Part shown: one piece after another, positions 15,726 to 28,200 of the stretch
Layout of the letters: each line of letters opens with the position of its first letter
Numbering within the stretch: position 1 is the first letter of the stretch
Origin: Tubulanus polymorphus
Taxonomy: Eukaryota; Animalia; Nemertea
DNA: 64,000 nucleotides
Direction of reading: 5' to 3'
NCBI RefSeq assembly: GCF_964204645.1
Contig: NC_134027.1
Location: 4,248,485 to 4,312,484 of the forward strand
Notes under the pieces: model-generated
Database searches by the model: none
Seen by the model: only the letters and a program-made list of their open reading frames with translations
What the model was told of the DNA's origin: nothing
Position numbers and translations under genes: made by a program

Positions 15726-18700
15726 TTATTTCACTGCGCTGGGTTCGAAACCCATATTATCAAGATGCTGTGATCTGGTTCGAGTCCCATAATTATGCAT
15801 AAATATTTGCGCAATAAGCATCAAATACGTAAATGAGTAAAAGATCTGATGATCTATGATTTCATTTTCGTATACATGGTGAGCAAGGTAGCGAGGTACA
15901 GTAAAAGGTGTCACTGTGATCTTTTTTTAATAAAAAAGAGAAATTGTCTTATAGTCGTTTTGTTTCACACGACACGCCGAAGCTTGGATCTAAATACATC
16001 TATGACCAGTTCTAGTGCTATGAATGGGCTTTCAATAATATCAAATTGTTCTATTGCGGCGACCATATCGCACGCTCGATTGAATATGATAACAAGAAAG
16101 TCAATCGCACGCCTTACAGTTAATCATCAAATCGTCGAAAGAGTCGATTGAATTATTTTGATATTTATTGATGAGGAGCCTTTATTAATGAACATAATTA
16201 AAAAGTATATAAATGAATATAGGCCTATGTATTAAGTGATGGATCACGTTGTTTTTGTTGACCATTAGGTTAAATCCGTTTATGCCCAGCCGCTGTCATC
16301 CGTCTCCATTTATAAATATATCAGAATTCCCGGCATCTATTTGATACGGTTCATCGCTCGACCGGCTAATGTCATCTGGCTCCGACCGGCAAAGGTGATG
16401 GCTAATATATTTAATATCACAGATATTTATAGCGATGATGAAAATGTGGATTTGTCTTAACATTAAATCTATGAGTTCAGTCCGAAACTTTCAACTGAAG
16501 TCGACTTAGGTATGAAAACAACACCGATACAATCATGCTTTGATAATAAGGCGCCTTGGCGGCATACTTCATCTTTTGCCACCACAAAATTAACCCATGT
16601 GTGCGTGCGCTTCAATCGTGGCTTCGTGAAATATCCTATAAGCACACCGATTGGGTAGAAATAAAATCAGGATGTGTCGAAAGTTTAAAGGTAAACCGGT
16701 TGAAAAGAAAGTGCTCAGTTTCAGTAAAAAATTTCCAAACATTATAGGCCAAAGAAATTGACACCTTGTTAATCCTCTCTTAGCTGAGCTTAAAAGTTGA
16801 CCCTGCCAGCCGCCTACCGTCTACCCTGTACACTGTTTTTGATATCATGATCAGCCTATCACAGATCCGGAAGCTATAGAAATGAACTGATTTTTTTGCA
16901 GTTTACAAAATGACCCGGCTGATTAGGTAACGAGGTATCATTTCTGGCCTTAATTCATTCCATTCTTATTCTCGGTGGTAGCCAATTGAATTAACGATCT
17001 TACTCTTCAGTATATAACGTTTTCGCCTTGCGACTATTTACTACAACTATTTTTGTTGAGATAAATCAGCAGAAAACATCCTCTTTAGCATCGTAAACAT
17101 AATTTAGAAACGTGCGCTTGAATGTACAACTCAAAGTCGTCTCAAGTATCTACTCGTATCTTCTCCCATCCCACGCGGTTTCGTCCGTCCTTCTGAAGGG
17201 AATACATTTGATACGAAATTGGATTCGAATCATTGTGCGTCGAAAAACGGATCAACTTTACGAAGACAGGGAAATAAACGCACGCAATTATTCAAACTTT
17301 TCGTTTATTCTACAAGACTTTAAATACATGACAAATATTTGGGTAGTTTTTTGTACAGTTTTCTTCTTTCTTTTACAAATGATAAATTGTATTCATATAT
17401 TAAGACAACAGACAAGGGGTGTCCAACATTGAGAACATTGTTGTCGAGCTAGAACATTCAATACCAAATATTCCCCAAATATGGGAAGTGATACCCATCG
17501 GGGTGACTTTTATTTGTGTACATCGTGCATTTTGAAGCTTATATTAACAATTATCGATGTATTTTGTGAACGCAGCAAAGCTTTGATATTTCATCAGATC
17601 CAAAAAGTGAAAATTCCCATGATCCATGTTTACTCATCCATACAAAGCATTTATTTTCATTTCATCACACAAACAGACCAATTTGTCACTCGTGAATCAG
17701 AAATTTCAAATTTCAACTGGCTCTAATTGTGATAGATCCAAATGCAAATGCTTATTAACTATGTCATTACCATATCAATAATCAGTACGAATTATTCATT
17801 CACACTGATTCGCTCTCCAGATACACAGCAAAACAAAATCATTTAACGTTATACCAGCCTCGTTTGTGTCTATATGACATATATACACACTGTGGATTCA
17901 AACACACACACCCATGCTTGCAACATTCCTTTGCTTTATTTAGACCTCACACTCGGACTCTTAACATGTCAGACATATTACTCAGACACTTCTGGATTTA
18001 AACAGAAAAACTTTTCATTTCATTTTGACGACATCACTATTAAGAATTTAAAAATGGCGATAGGTAACCATAGGTTCTAACCCCATTTGTTATGCTGCAC
18101 GGCCACTCATTCGCTTTCATTTATCCATGTTATGTTATTCATTTGTGGTCACCAGATACGCATCTAAACACACCTTACGACATCTATTTATTTATACATC
18201 TACTTTATTAAAACATCTATTCACCGATTCATGCATGGCAACTTCATTCTCACTGGGAACCGTTAACAAAAATATATGGTTTGCGAGTCAAGATATATAT
18301 ACAGCTTTATCCATTTATTTCAATTATCAACATGAAAAAGTCATCTGCTGAAAATTACGTTACTCATTTTTCATGCAATTCATATGATTATAATAAGTAT
18401 AATGGCGTGTTGTATATTACAAAGGACGATAGTCCAGATTGATAAATTTGCCGGGCCGTGGTGCCCTTCACTGGTGGCATCGCAATGAACAAGTTAGTTT
18501 ACTCCCTGAAACCAGTTGATTCTACAAGTTTTCATCATTGTATCCTTAATCAGTTTCGTTTTTTTATCTGCATTAACTCGCTATGTGCGTGAGTTGGTTA
18601 TTCATCAAGAGCTTTTCATCGTTTTGAAGTCGCTCGACCATTATTTCAGATAAATTCAAATGGATTTTTAAACATAACGGATAACTTTATGCATTATAAA

Positions 18701-19110
18701 TTACTCTAAGAAAATTGAATATCGTGTAAAAAGGTTTATAAAAGATTTTATCTGTTCATTTTTCATAAATCTGAGCCAATCACGACACATCAAATATTTC
18801 ACACAAAGTTTGCAATAAGTTGAAAGTTGAGCTCAATCATCAATAAATCTGTATTTTACTCATACATTTATTATGGATGTCGGAATATGAAATAAGATAT
18901 GCGAACGATTTTAGGATTTTACATCTTATTCATCGTGGTTTCTATTTCGAAGATAATCCTTTTATCGTGATAGAAATCCTAATAGAAACAACAGAAAGAT
19001 GGCATCAATTAGTTAGATATGAAATTAGGTGTCAAGCAATACAAATACAATATCTTTCTTATCGATATATCCGAAACGTATTTGACATATTTCAATGCTG
19101 ATTTTGATGC

Positions 19111-19238
19111 CTGGGACCAGCTTCACAAATAGAATGAAGATTATTGCTGATATACAACCTTTCACCATTTGTTTTTTTTTAAATTTTTCAAAGACTCGTT
19201 ATAAATTAACTTCATTGGCTTTGTGGAACTGGACCCTG
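19111..19238. mobile_element. MITE (PIF/Harbinger-superfamily-like, CWG flanks) in the mGluR 3' UTR
   Basis: CTG-GGACCAGCTTCACAAATAGAATGAAG (from 19111) is an imperfect inverted match to CTTCATTGGCTTTGTGGAACTGGACC-CTG (to 19238). CTG occurs on both flanks as a putative 3-bp target-site duplication. Confidence 0.6.
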
Positions 19239-19255
19239 AGGTAAGATTATAATCA

Positions 19256-22200
19256 CTACACAGAGGCTAAACTGTCTTTGTCAAGATCGGTGTCGGTTTC
19301 TGTTGTTCCAAATCCACTGGGTGGCCCTTGTATATTCAATTTCACATGTTCATCACCCGATGATACACCTGGAACGAAATACAAACCATTTTATTGAAGA
19401 TAATCTCAAATTGATCCCGTAAGCTGTCTTTCCAATAAACTCGATTGCGAAGAGAACGGTCAATTGATCAATTTATCAATCAACGATATCTAGAAACGAT
19501 GACCGAAGAATTAGTATCATGTCCGACACTGAATTCACAAAGATCGAAAAGATGCCAGACGAATTCAATTACAATATTGATTAACCACCGTTTAAGTATA
19601 GTCTCAACAGACACAAATGAAATTCGATTTCGGCAATTTAATTTTAAGAAGATAAGTAAGCTATAAATTGGCCATAATTGATGATGATTTATCTCGTCGA
19701 CAGCTAATGGCTCCATCGATATTCATTAATTTACCTCAAGGAGAACGTATTTTACGAATATATGCACTAGACACATCGCTTTTTAACAACCGTTAGGATG
19801 CAGGATTTATAAGAAATTGCAACAAACAGTTACAAAACTTTTCATTGACATGATGTACTTTACAAGACTCATCGACTAAAATGGACATTAAGATACTTAC
19901 ATGATTTGATTTCATTTGACGGGGACATACCTAAAATTGAGAAAAATATCATTTGATTACTGACATTAATCATGTTATTACAACGACGAAAAAACAGACC
20001 AGCGAAACTGGAACCTGTTCCCAGTTATTGCCACAACCCCTGATCTAACAGTAGACAAAACAAATATGTATTAATTTCATCCAATGACAATAATGAAGTT
20101 CTAATGGAAATAGATCAAAGATTGCTTAATTTACAATTTCACTTTATATAGATTATTTCAATCTTCAAATGCTACAGTAACTCTTACAGTAACAATGGTC
20201 GTCTAACCTAAAAAGAATCGTGAAATCAAAGTGCAAATAATCTAATACGAAGTGACACCCGTAAGTAAATTCGGTTTCACATGCGCATCTACTAACTCAG
20301 TATGTTTATGACGCAGAAGCAAAAAATGAATACATAAGAAAATTCAAGGCACAGGCCAGACGTCCGGATATTGGTCAAAGCATCTTTTGCAGCTTAAAGC
20401 AATTCTCGGGTGACATTAAGATCGTGGCGTTTGATTATCCCGAAGGTTGAAATAATTCCTCGCTCTTAGATCGGATAAGATCATCATTATTACGAAGTCG
20501 AATCAACCGTGATATTGTCATCGATGTCGTTTGCATCCGTGGGATTTGATGCAGGTGCGCATTTATTCTTGGCAGACGATCTTTGCTCGACAGCCAGAAC
20601 GAATTGATCGACAACTGTCGCCTGTGACATTTGACGTTCGCGCGGATTTGTGACGTCAACTCGATCACGAACCCAGACTGATACTTGAACCCACCACTTT
20701 TAAATTTCTTTCGAAAATGGAAGGAATAATGTTCCATTTCAATGTGCAAAGTAATCTGTATTAGCTACGTACATATCCATTCATGGTATGATATGCCTAT
20801 CTTTGGTAATTTCGTGACTCAAAAACACATGAAATCTTTTTACCATGAATACAAATCAATACAACCAGCCATATAAAGTAATCTAAACGTGATCTTATGA
20901 TATCATTGGTTCTTTGTAATATACAGATAAACCCAACATTATTGACTCGCCTAATAGTCTGTATGCTAAAGCAATTACGATAGTCATGCCGTTAAGGTCA
21001 GAGAGCCACCTCATATTCATTTCTTTGCCCGGACAATTTTTCCATCGCGTATCAAATTACTAACTGATGCGAAAAATGTTAGCGAATAAAGTCACTCGGG
21101 TCATGCATTAGTCATAGAGTATTCAGGGACGTTCATCAGATAATTTTATTTTCAGATATAGTAAAAACAAATTAATGACTAGGTTGTTCAATCATTATTC
21201 TTTCGAAGGTGATGCGAAAAGAAACATTGGCATATACGGGAATGATGTTTATGAGGTGACATGGCTGGTCACACGGGAGGCTCTGCATCCGCTGATATCC
21301 AAAAACAGTTCCCAAACGTATCGATGACTCGGTATAACATCTGAGACGGTCTGAGACACATCGTTCGTCTTATAGTAAGTTAATAGTCTTTAACATCTGC
21401 GACGCATTCGAGGCCCACAGTGTTAACCATCCTTTGAGCCATCTGAGCACGATTTAAGGGAATGTTATTTGTTAATAGATCAGAGGTTTTTACGAAGGCC
21501 TGTGAAGAAACTTCTTTTGATCCTGAAACAGCCTTCCTCCAGGAGTCCATGAACTTCCCTCCAGTGGTACTTCACATGATGAAACTTTCATATCATATAT
21601 ACCGCGTGATACTTAGTACTTGCGGCAAATTGAGACTGATGACAGAAATTACTAACACGGAAACCATATCAAGTTCGGTATAATTATTCGGAGATATTGA
21701 CGGTAATACGAAGCAATCTTCTCCAGTAACTTTCGCAAAAACATGTCAAAAAAGTAGAAATTGCGCTATTCAGATAAAAAGTCACGACATGTTTAGATTT
21801 GCTAAGAGTGTCTTAGGCTATAGTTTGTCTACGTTCTAGATGGTTACAAAAATAATTGTTCGTATACATGATGAAGCATGAATCAATGTTCATGGATTCG
21901 GCTGCAAAACTCGTCTTGATATTTCACAATGATAACTCATTAGAGGAGCACATGGATGACAATAAGGGCGACGGAATAGGACACCAATTTTACAGTCTGC
22001 ACACTTACTACTTCAGGTATATGAACATTTAATGACAGATAAGGAGAACTAGAGAAACGAGACAAAGAGGAGGTCCATTATTGGTATAAAAGTGATGAAT
22101 CCATTAGTAAATGATTCATCTCAATCAACAAATGCCCATCAAGATACAGTGCATATTTTCTGGCGGAATTTTTTTTTAATGTAGACAATTCTTTCACTGC

Positions 22201-25200
22201 AGACACGGATTCTAAAGTGAATTTTTGTGTCAGACGAAATGGAAGAGACTAGAATGAGAGTTTTACGGAGAAAATGAACACATACGGTGATAGAGAAGGA
22301 ATTGAAATCAAATCTACACTAAAAAGCAGGTTCGGGAACAATCTATTCCTGTGTACATATGTTATGTACTGATGGATTGTCACACACCAAGATGGGGTAG
22401 AAAGAATTAGACACCTTGGTGATTTAATGGTCCGGAGAGGACGGCTGTGACGTCAGTGATTTTTCGGCCTGTGCCCCGTGCTGACATACAATTAGTCGGT
22501 GACGAAGCTAAATCAAGATGAAGGTCAATGTGGTGGGTCTTACCGCCCTCATGAATAATCAATGGTTTCAAATGTTCACAACCGGCGTCTGCTGAAAGTT
22601 AAAAATCGAACATAACTTGAACAAAATTTTAAATTTGATACCCAATAGGTCTATATCCTTTCAGGGAATTACGATAAAACCAAAATAATTCGAATTTATA
22701 TTCAATACTTTTCACAAAGGGTAACGTTTCAACGTTGTATGCCGGTGGTAAGATAACGTGTTGTCAACATATTTTTATATAGAACCTTGTTGTTTAATTT
22801 ACATATCGGAACTCTAGGCTGGGAATCGATCTAAATCCAGTAGGATGGATGGGTGGGTACACGACGTGTATATCGGATATATTTTCATGTTGACATCGAA
22901 TAAGCATTACGCATTTTCGATCGACTCGATGGTATATGAACTTTCGAGAAATTGTATTTACACGCAAAGGGAATTTGGAACTAAACTGAATAATCCTATT
23001 ATTTCAGATGGACAGCATGGCAATGGAATTTCAACCGCATATTTGCCGGATATTTATATTGTATATATTGTATATATACAATGGATGTAAACGATGAATT
23101 AATAATTTCATCTATGTATTTGACAAGACTTTCCAAATGTATGCATCAACTCTTATACTAGGTTGTACCATAAATACTTCACTCGATTAGCATCACATTA
23201 TATCAATTTATTATTCAATTAATTCAGACTTTGTTCGTATTTAATATATTAGCATTAACGAGTTGAGAGCGTTCGATATCTTGCGCGAGGCTTTCTGAAT
23301 AAATTAATATATTGTTATGTTCGCTGGTTGTATCACCTATTGTACACTATAGACCATACATATTCTATGATCAGATCATACATTGATGAGTGATTATGAC
23401 AGGACACTTACCATGATTATTACCGGTTGTGCCCGCATTAGTTATACTGCTCGTATTTGTCTTTTTATAATGGGCAGAATTCATGGTGAGCTTTCGGACA
23501 TTTTTCTCTGGTTGGAAGACAATTATATACATTTTCGGGCCAAACAAACACACAAGTGTAACGGATGCACTCAAGCTAATCGACACGCATAGTGTCGTAA
23601 TTTGAATCTGAAAAATAAAAAGAAATGAAATTCTATTTAGTCTAAAGGAACACCTCTGCATATTCAGGGTTATCTGTCATATGGATATTGCAGAAAATCG
23701 AAAAGCGTTCGATGTAACAACGCTCAGCGATAGTCGCATACTTGTCTTCTCACATGCCAGTCATCAGAAATCCTCCGGGGATCCTCGGATCTCAGACGGA
23801 CAGTTTACCGTTTTTGTATGTGAAATCTACCGAATAGTTAAGCTACTGTTGCTGCCCATCAACAGCCATTTATTGTGAGAAAGAAATCAACGAGAAAAAG
23901 AAATCGTCGATCACCAGAGTACAGTATAATGCGTTTATATACCGGTATACATAAAGATTGATGGAGCAAATGCCTGACGTTATTGAGTTCATTTTGTTTG
24001 TGCGACTATTCACGTATCACTCGATTTCGAGATAAAACCGATTAAAACAGTAATTACAGTAAATATCCAGGGATTCATCCATCAACAAATCGAATTTTCC
24101 GTCTGTAAAGGTTGAATATCCCATACAAAAAGAGGGTATAGAACTTTTTTTTTCTAGGTACAAATCGGGTGCGTGGATTCAGAAACAGAAAACATCTCCA
24201 GTAAACTGTAACTATACATCACTCCAGTAACAGGTATAATCGGCCTTGAGGAAGTATCTTCATCTTCGTATCGACGAAGACGCCCCATTTCGAGCTTGTT
24301 GGAATGCAATCGATGAATCGTTTTAAATGCAAATTTGATAATCTCTGCCCGAACTGCCAATATTCGAAACTGTCATAAATAAAGGTACGTTTAACATTCC
24401 AATGGAATGAAGTACTTGAAATGCTCTTTTTGAACGTTTTCCTCGGTCAACAACTAATCAGGCAATAAAAATCATGTTCTAGTTTTTCTACAATCAGTTT
24501 TCTTTGGTCTATAGAGTGCTGACCCTAAAATATACATTTTTCTTTCCTGGGTTTCTACGCAATACGCAGTAATCCATGCAAATGTTTAATATCGTTCATG
24601 TGTGGAATAAATTACACTGTAACGTAATAACATGAACGATGCTCCACCGACAGGAAACCTAACAGGATATGATTTATTAGTAAGCTAGGTTTCGAAGCAT
24701 TTAGCAGAACCATCGTCAGATATGTTACGCAGGATTTGTGTTTTTCTCATATTTTCGACGCATGTTTTCGTTTTTTCAGCTAATCCTATAACTTCATCGT
24801 CGGGTAAGCAAAACGATTTGAAAGAATTGGTACCATCTAGGCACGTCTGTGATGGATATTTGATGGACTTCTTGTCTTGATAATTTCCTAAAAAGTTTAA
24901 GTGTAAAGTTGTGTGCATTATCATTTTTCAGACGATGAAGTCTGCAAGGATAATGAAGTCGAGTACAGCGGATTATGTTACGGTTTTTACAATGGCATCG
25001 TTACAATAAATAGCGCTCATAGGTTATGTCCTCTGTTTGCGAGAGGTAGTGTTTTTGCTGGGCTACAAAGCGAAAACGACCAAAACTTCATGATATCAGA
25101 GATGAAAAGAAGAAACTGGAAATCAGCTTGGACTGGAATAAAAGTAACTCACAGTGACTGGCACTGGGAACAAGGTACACAAGAATACGTATTTTTTTGA

Positions 25201-28200
25201 TAATCACATGTTATTAGCAGGGCTTCCGACACTTTTGTTTCACATGTTGAAACCTTGTAGTTTTACCATTATGGTATGCTCCTTCAACAATGCTTTAAAT
25301 AGGTCGGTAATTATCTAGCATATCATACATGTATATACCTGCCTATCATATCAACCCATTTATATGTCCCATGACACAACCAAAATATGATAGAATACGA
25401 TTCAAAAAAGATTTATGTATTCATTCTTGCGAAGGCAAAAATTAATTTATAGATTCGATCAATGTGTCAAATTTAAGAAGGTTTTAATCAATCGTTTACA
25501 AATCCCACTGTAGATGGTGAATTTATAGCAGCCCAAGGCTGTTTCGAAGACAACATCAGGACTAAGGGTCACGATCTGCCTCATCCTACACTGATAGAAA
25601 ATGGATCTCTGACTCCAATAGTTTGTCGAAACGCCTGTAGTAACTTATCTTCGAGCATGAAGTACGCTGGTGTGCAGGTGGGTTTCCTAAACGGGTTTAT
25701 TTCCAATGACGATAACAACAAAATCTTCACTATCTTACTATTTCATAGGCCGGCAATCAGTGTTGGTGCGGTGAGAATCATCTAAATAGTTACAGCACAA
25801 TACCGTGTAATACTCCTTGCGAAGGCGACCCAACACTGACGTGCGGTAACACAAACAGACGTAACTACATCTACCGTATCAAAGGTACGTACGTTTTAAA
25901 CTGCGTATAGATGTGACGACGTTACAACCAAAATTATTTCGATTCAATTTACGTTGACTGTAACAGGAGGATTTTCGTCATGGGAGCCAGAAATGATTAA
26001 TAGAGGACCCACAGAACCGATGTGTGCACTATTATCGGCGCCTTCCTTTAATTGGAAAGAACGACGCTGTTGGTCAACGGCAAAGTTCATATGCGTTTTA
26101 CCGTTCAGCCAAGGTCAGTTTATTGAAAATTGTTATCACTACGAAATGAAGATGATTTTCCATTCATTCCATTTTGAATTTCAGAATGTGATTATAACGT
26201 TCATGAAAATCATTGCCTTTATGTGAGCGAAGATGAGAAATCATGGTTCAAATCGCGCGAGACTTGCCACTCGCTGGGAGGACATTTATTGACTATCAAA
26301 TCACAAGACAAACAGGAAATTATGGTTAAGTTTCTGAAATTCGAACAGAGAAAAACATCAGACTACTGGATCGGCGCATCGAATTTCAACTGGAAGACGT
26401 GGAATGGTAAGTTACACTAATTGTATATTGGATAAGTTTTAGATGCGTGACAATTTTCGGACCAATATTGACGTTTTGTCTGAGTTTATGATAATTGTGT
26501 TTGACAGGTTCACAAGTGAGGTATACAGGGCCATGGTCTACGAACAGTTGGTTTATGGAGCACGGTGACGAAAAATGCGTTCAGATGACTTTCGACCGAG
26601 CAAATGATGAATTAGTTTGGAACGTCGTTTCGTGCAAAGCAGATTCCCATTACATATGTAAACGAGGTGGGATTACAATGAACCTGTGTGCGAAAGCATA
26701 ACGATGAGTAAATCTCGCCTAACTCAGACAATCTGGGACAGCCAAAATTGGTCCGAATTAAGCGAGGTCCGAGTTAACAAATGGAAAGAAATATTTTAGG
26801 AAGACAAGAAATAGTTTCACTTTTTTGTCCGAGTTGGCCATGCCCGAGTTAGGCGAGGTTGACCTGTATAGTGGTTGATTTGTTACGCAAATTGAACAAA
26901 TTCACTTTCAGTTCTAACCCGGAGGTTGAGGGAGAAACCAGTACCTATCGTACCAGCAGCTTTAAGTGCCACATCGTCAACGGTCGCACCGCCTCGTTTG
27001 ATTTTTGTATTGATCATGATCCTAAGTTCAACAGGTATATCCATCCAGGGTTACAGGGGAATTACGCCGTCTCCTGTTGTCAACTTCGATCGCAACCTAC
27101 GCATGTATTCTATTCCGTGTTTTATCAATTCTTTTCTGTTTTAGATATCGTCATTAAGGCTTAGCTACTACGCTGGATTCGAGTGACTCATATCGAACAT
27201 TTTGCGAAATCATGTTAAAAATGTCTGTTATCGTGGACCCAGTAAAGTTTATCAAAGTTCATGTTGGTGAAACATTCAACTGACATTTATGGAGCCGGAT
27301 CCTGCTTTGTAAATCCTGAAACATATGATACGTGTGAAATACAGTTACTTCATTTTCTTAAGTCAATGTAACATATTGAACTGTTTTACTTGGAATTTGT
27401 TTAGCGGTTTCTATTTCTGAAATTAACATCTAACCTGGCGATTTTCTTTGTCCTAAATCTACCTAGAATAAAAAAGGCAATCAATGCCGTTAGATATCAG
27501 AACCTAGATTTGTATTATCACCGCGTCGAGGTCGGATCGTATAAATCAAGATATTTTTCAAAGTTAGTTCTTATGAATAAGAAAGACTGTCAACGAGATA
27601 TCTGAAAAGAAAGTATGAATCTTGGAAGGACAGTTATCATAATGTTTCGTATGATGAGCATAATCTATTGTTCAAAATCTACGGTAGCAGGTAAGGCTTC
27701 ATATAGCTAGTTATTTCACGATAATGTGTTTACGTGTAACTTGGAGCAAAACTTGTTCTTTAACGTTATTTTGCATTTCATTTGTTCAAGGGAACGTTAA
27801 GGTATATTTTTTGAACACGGTGTTGTTGATTTTAGAAAATGAATTTTGTAAGAATGGTGAGTTGGAATACAACGGATTTTGCTATTATTTTGTCAATCAC
27901 CCAAATAACTACGACGAGGCTATTAAGCTATGTCCTATGATCATAAAGGGGAGAACATTCGCAGGGCCAGAAGATGAAAATGAAGAAGCATTCATGATAT
28001 CTGAAATAGTTAATAGAAAGTGGCCATCGGCTTGGGCTGGAGTTAGAATACAACATGGAGATTGGCATTGGGTGCAAGGTAAAAAGAATCAGAATCAACT
28101 CCTCTTGCATGGGTCCTTTGATTTTATATCTTACATCAATTCACATTGGTAGATAATCAGTTCATCGCGGCTCAAGGTTGTTATGAGGATGATGTGAGGG

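Noticed and set aside
15735-15795. Possible tRNA gene suggested by GGTTCGA motifs
   Set aside because: No acceptor stem, D-arm/A-box or anticodon arm can be built. Kept only as isolated B-boxes.
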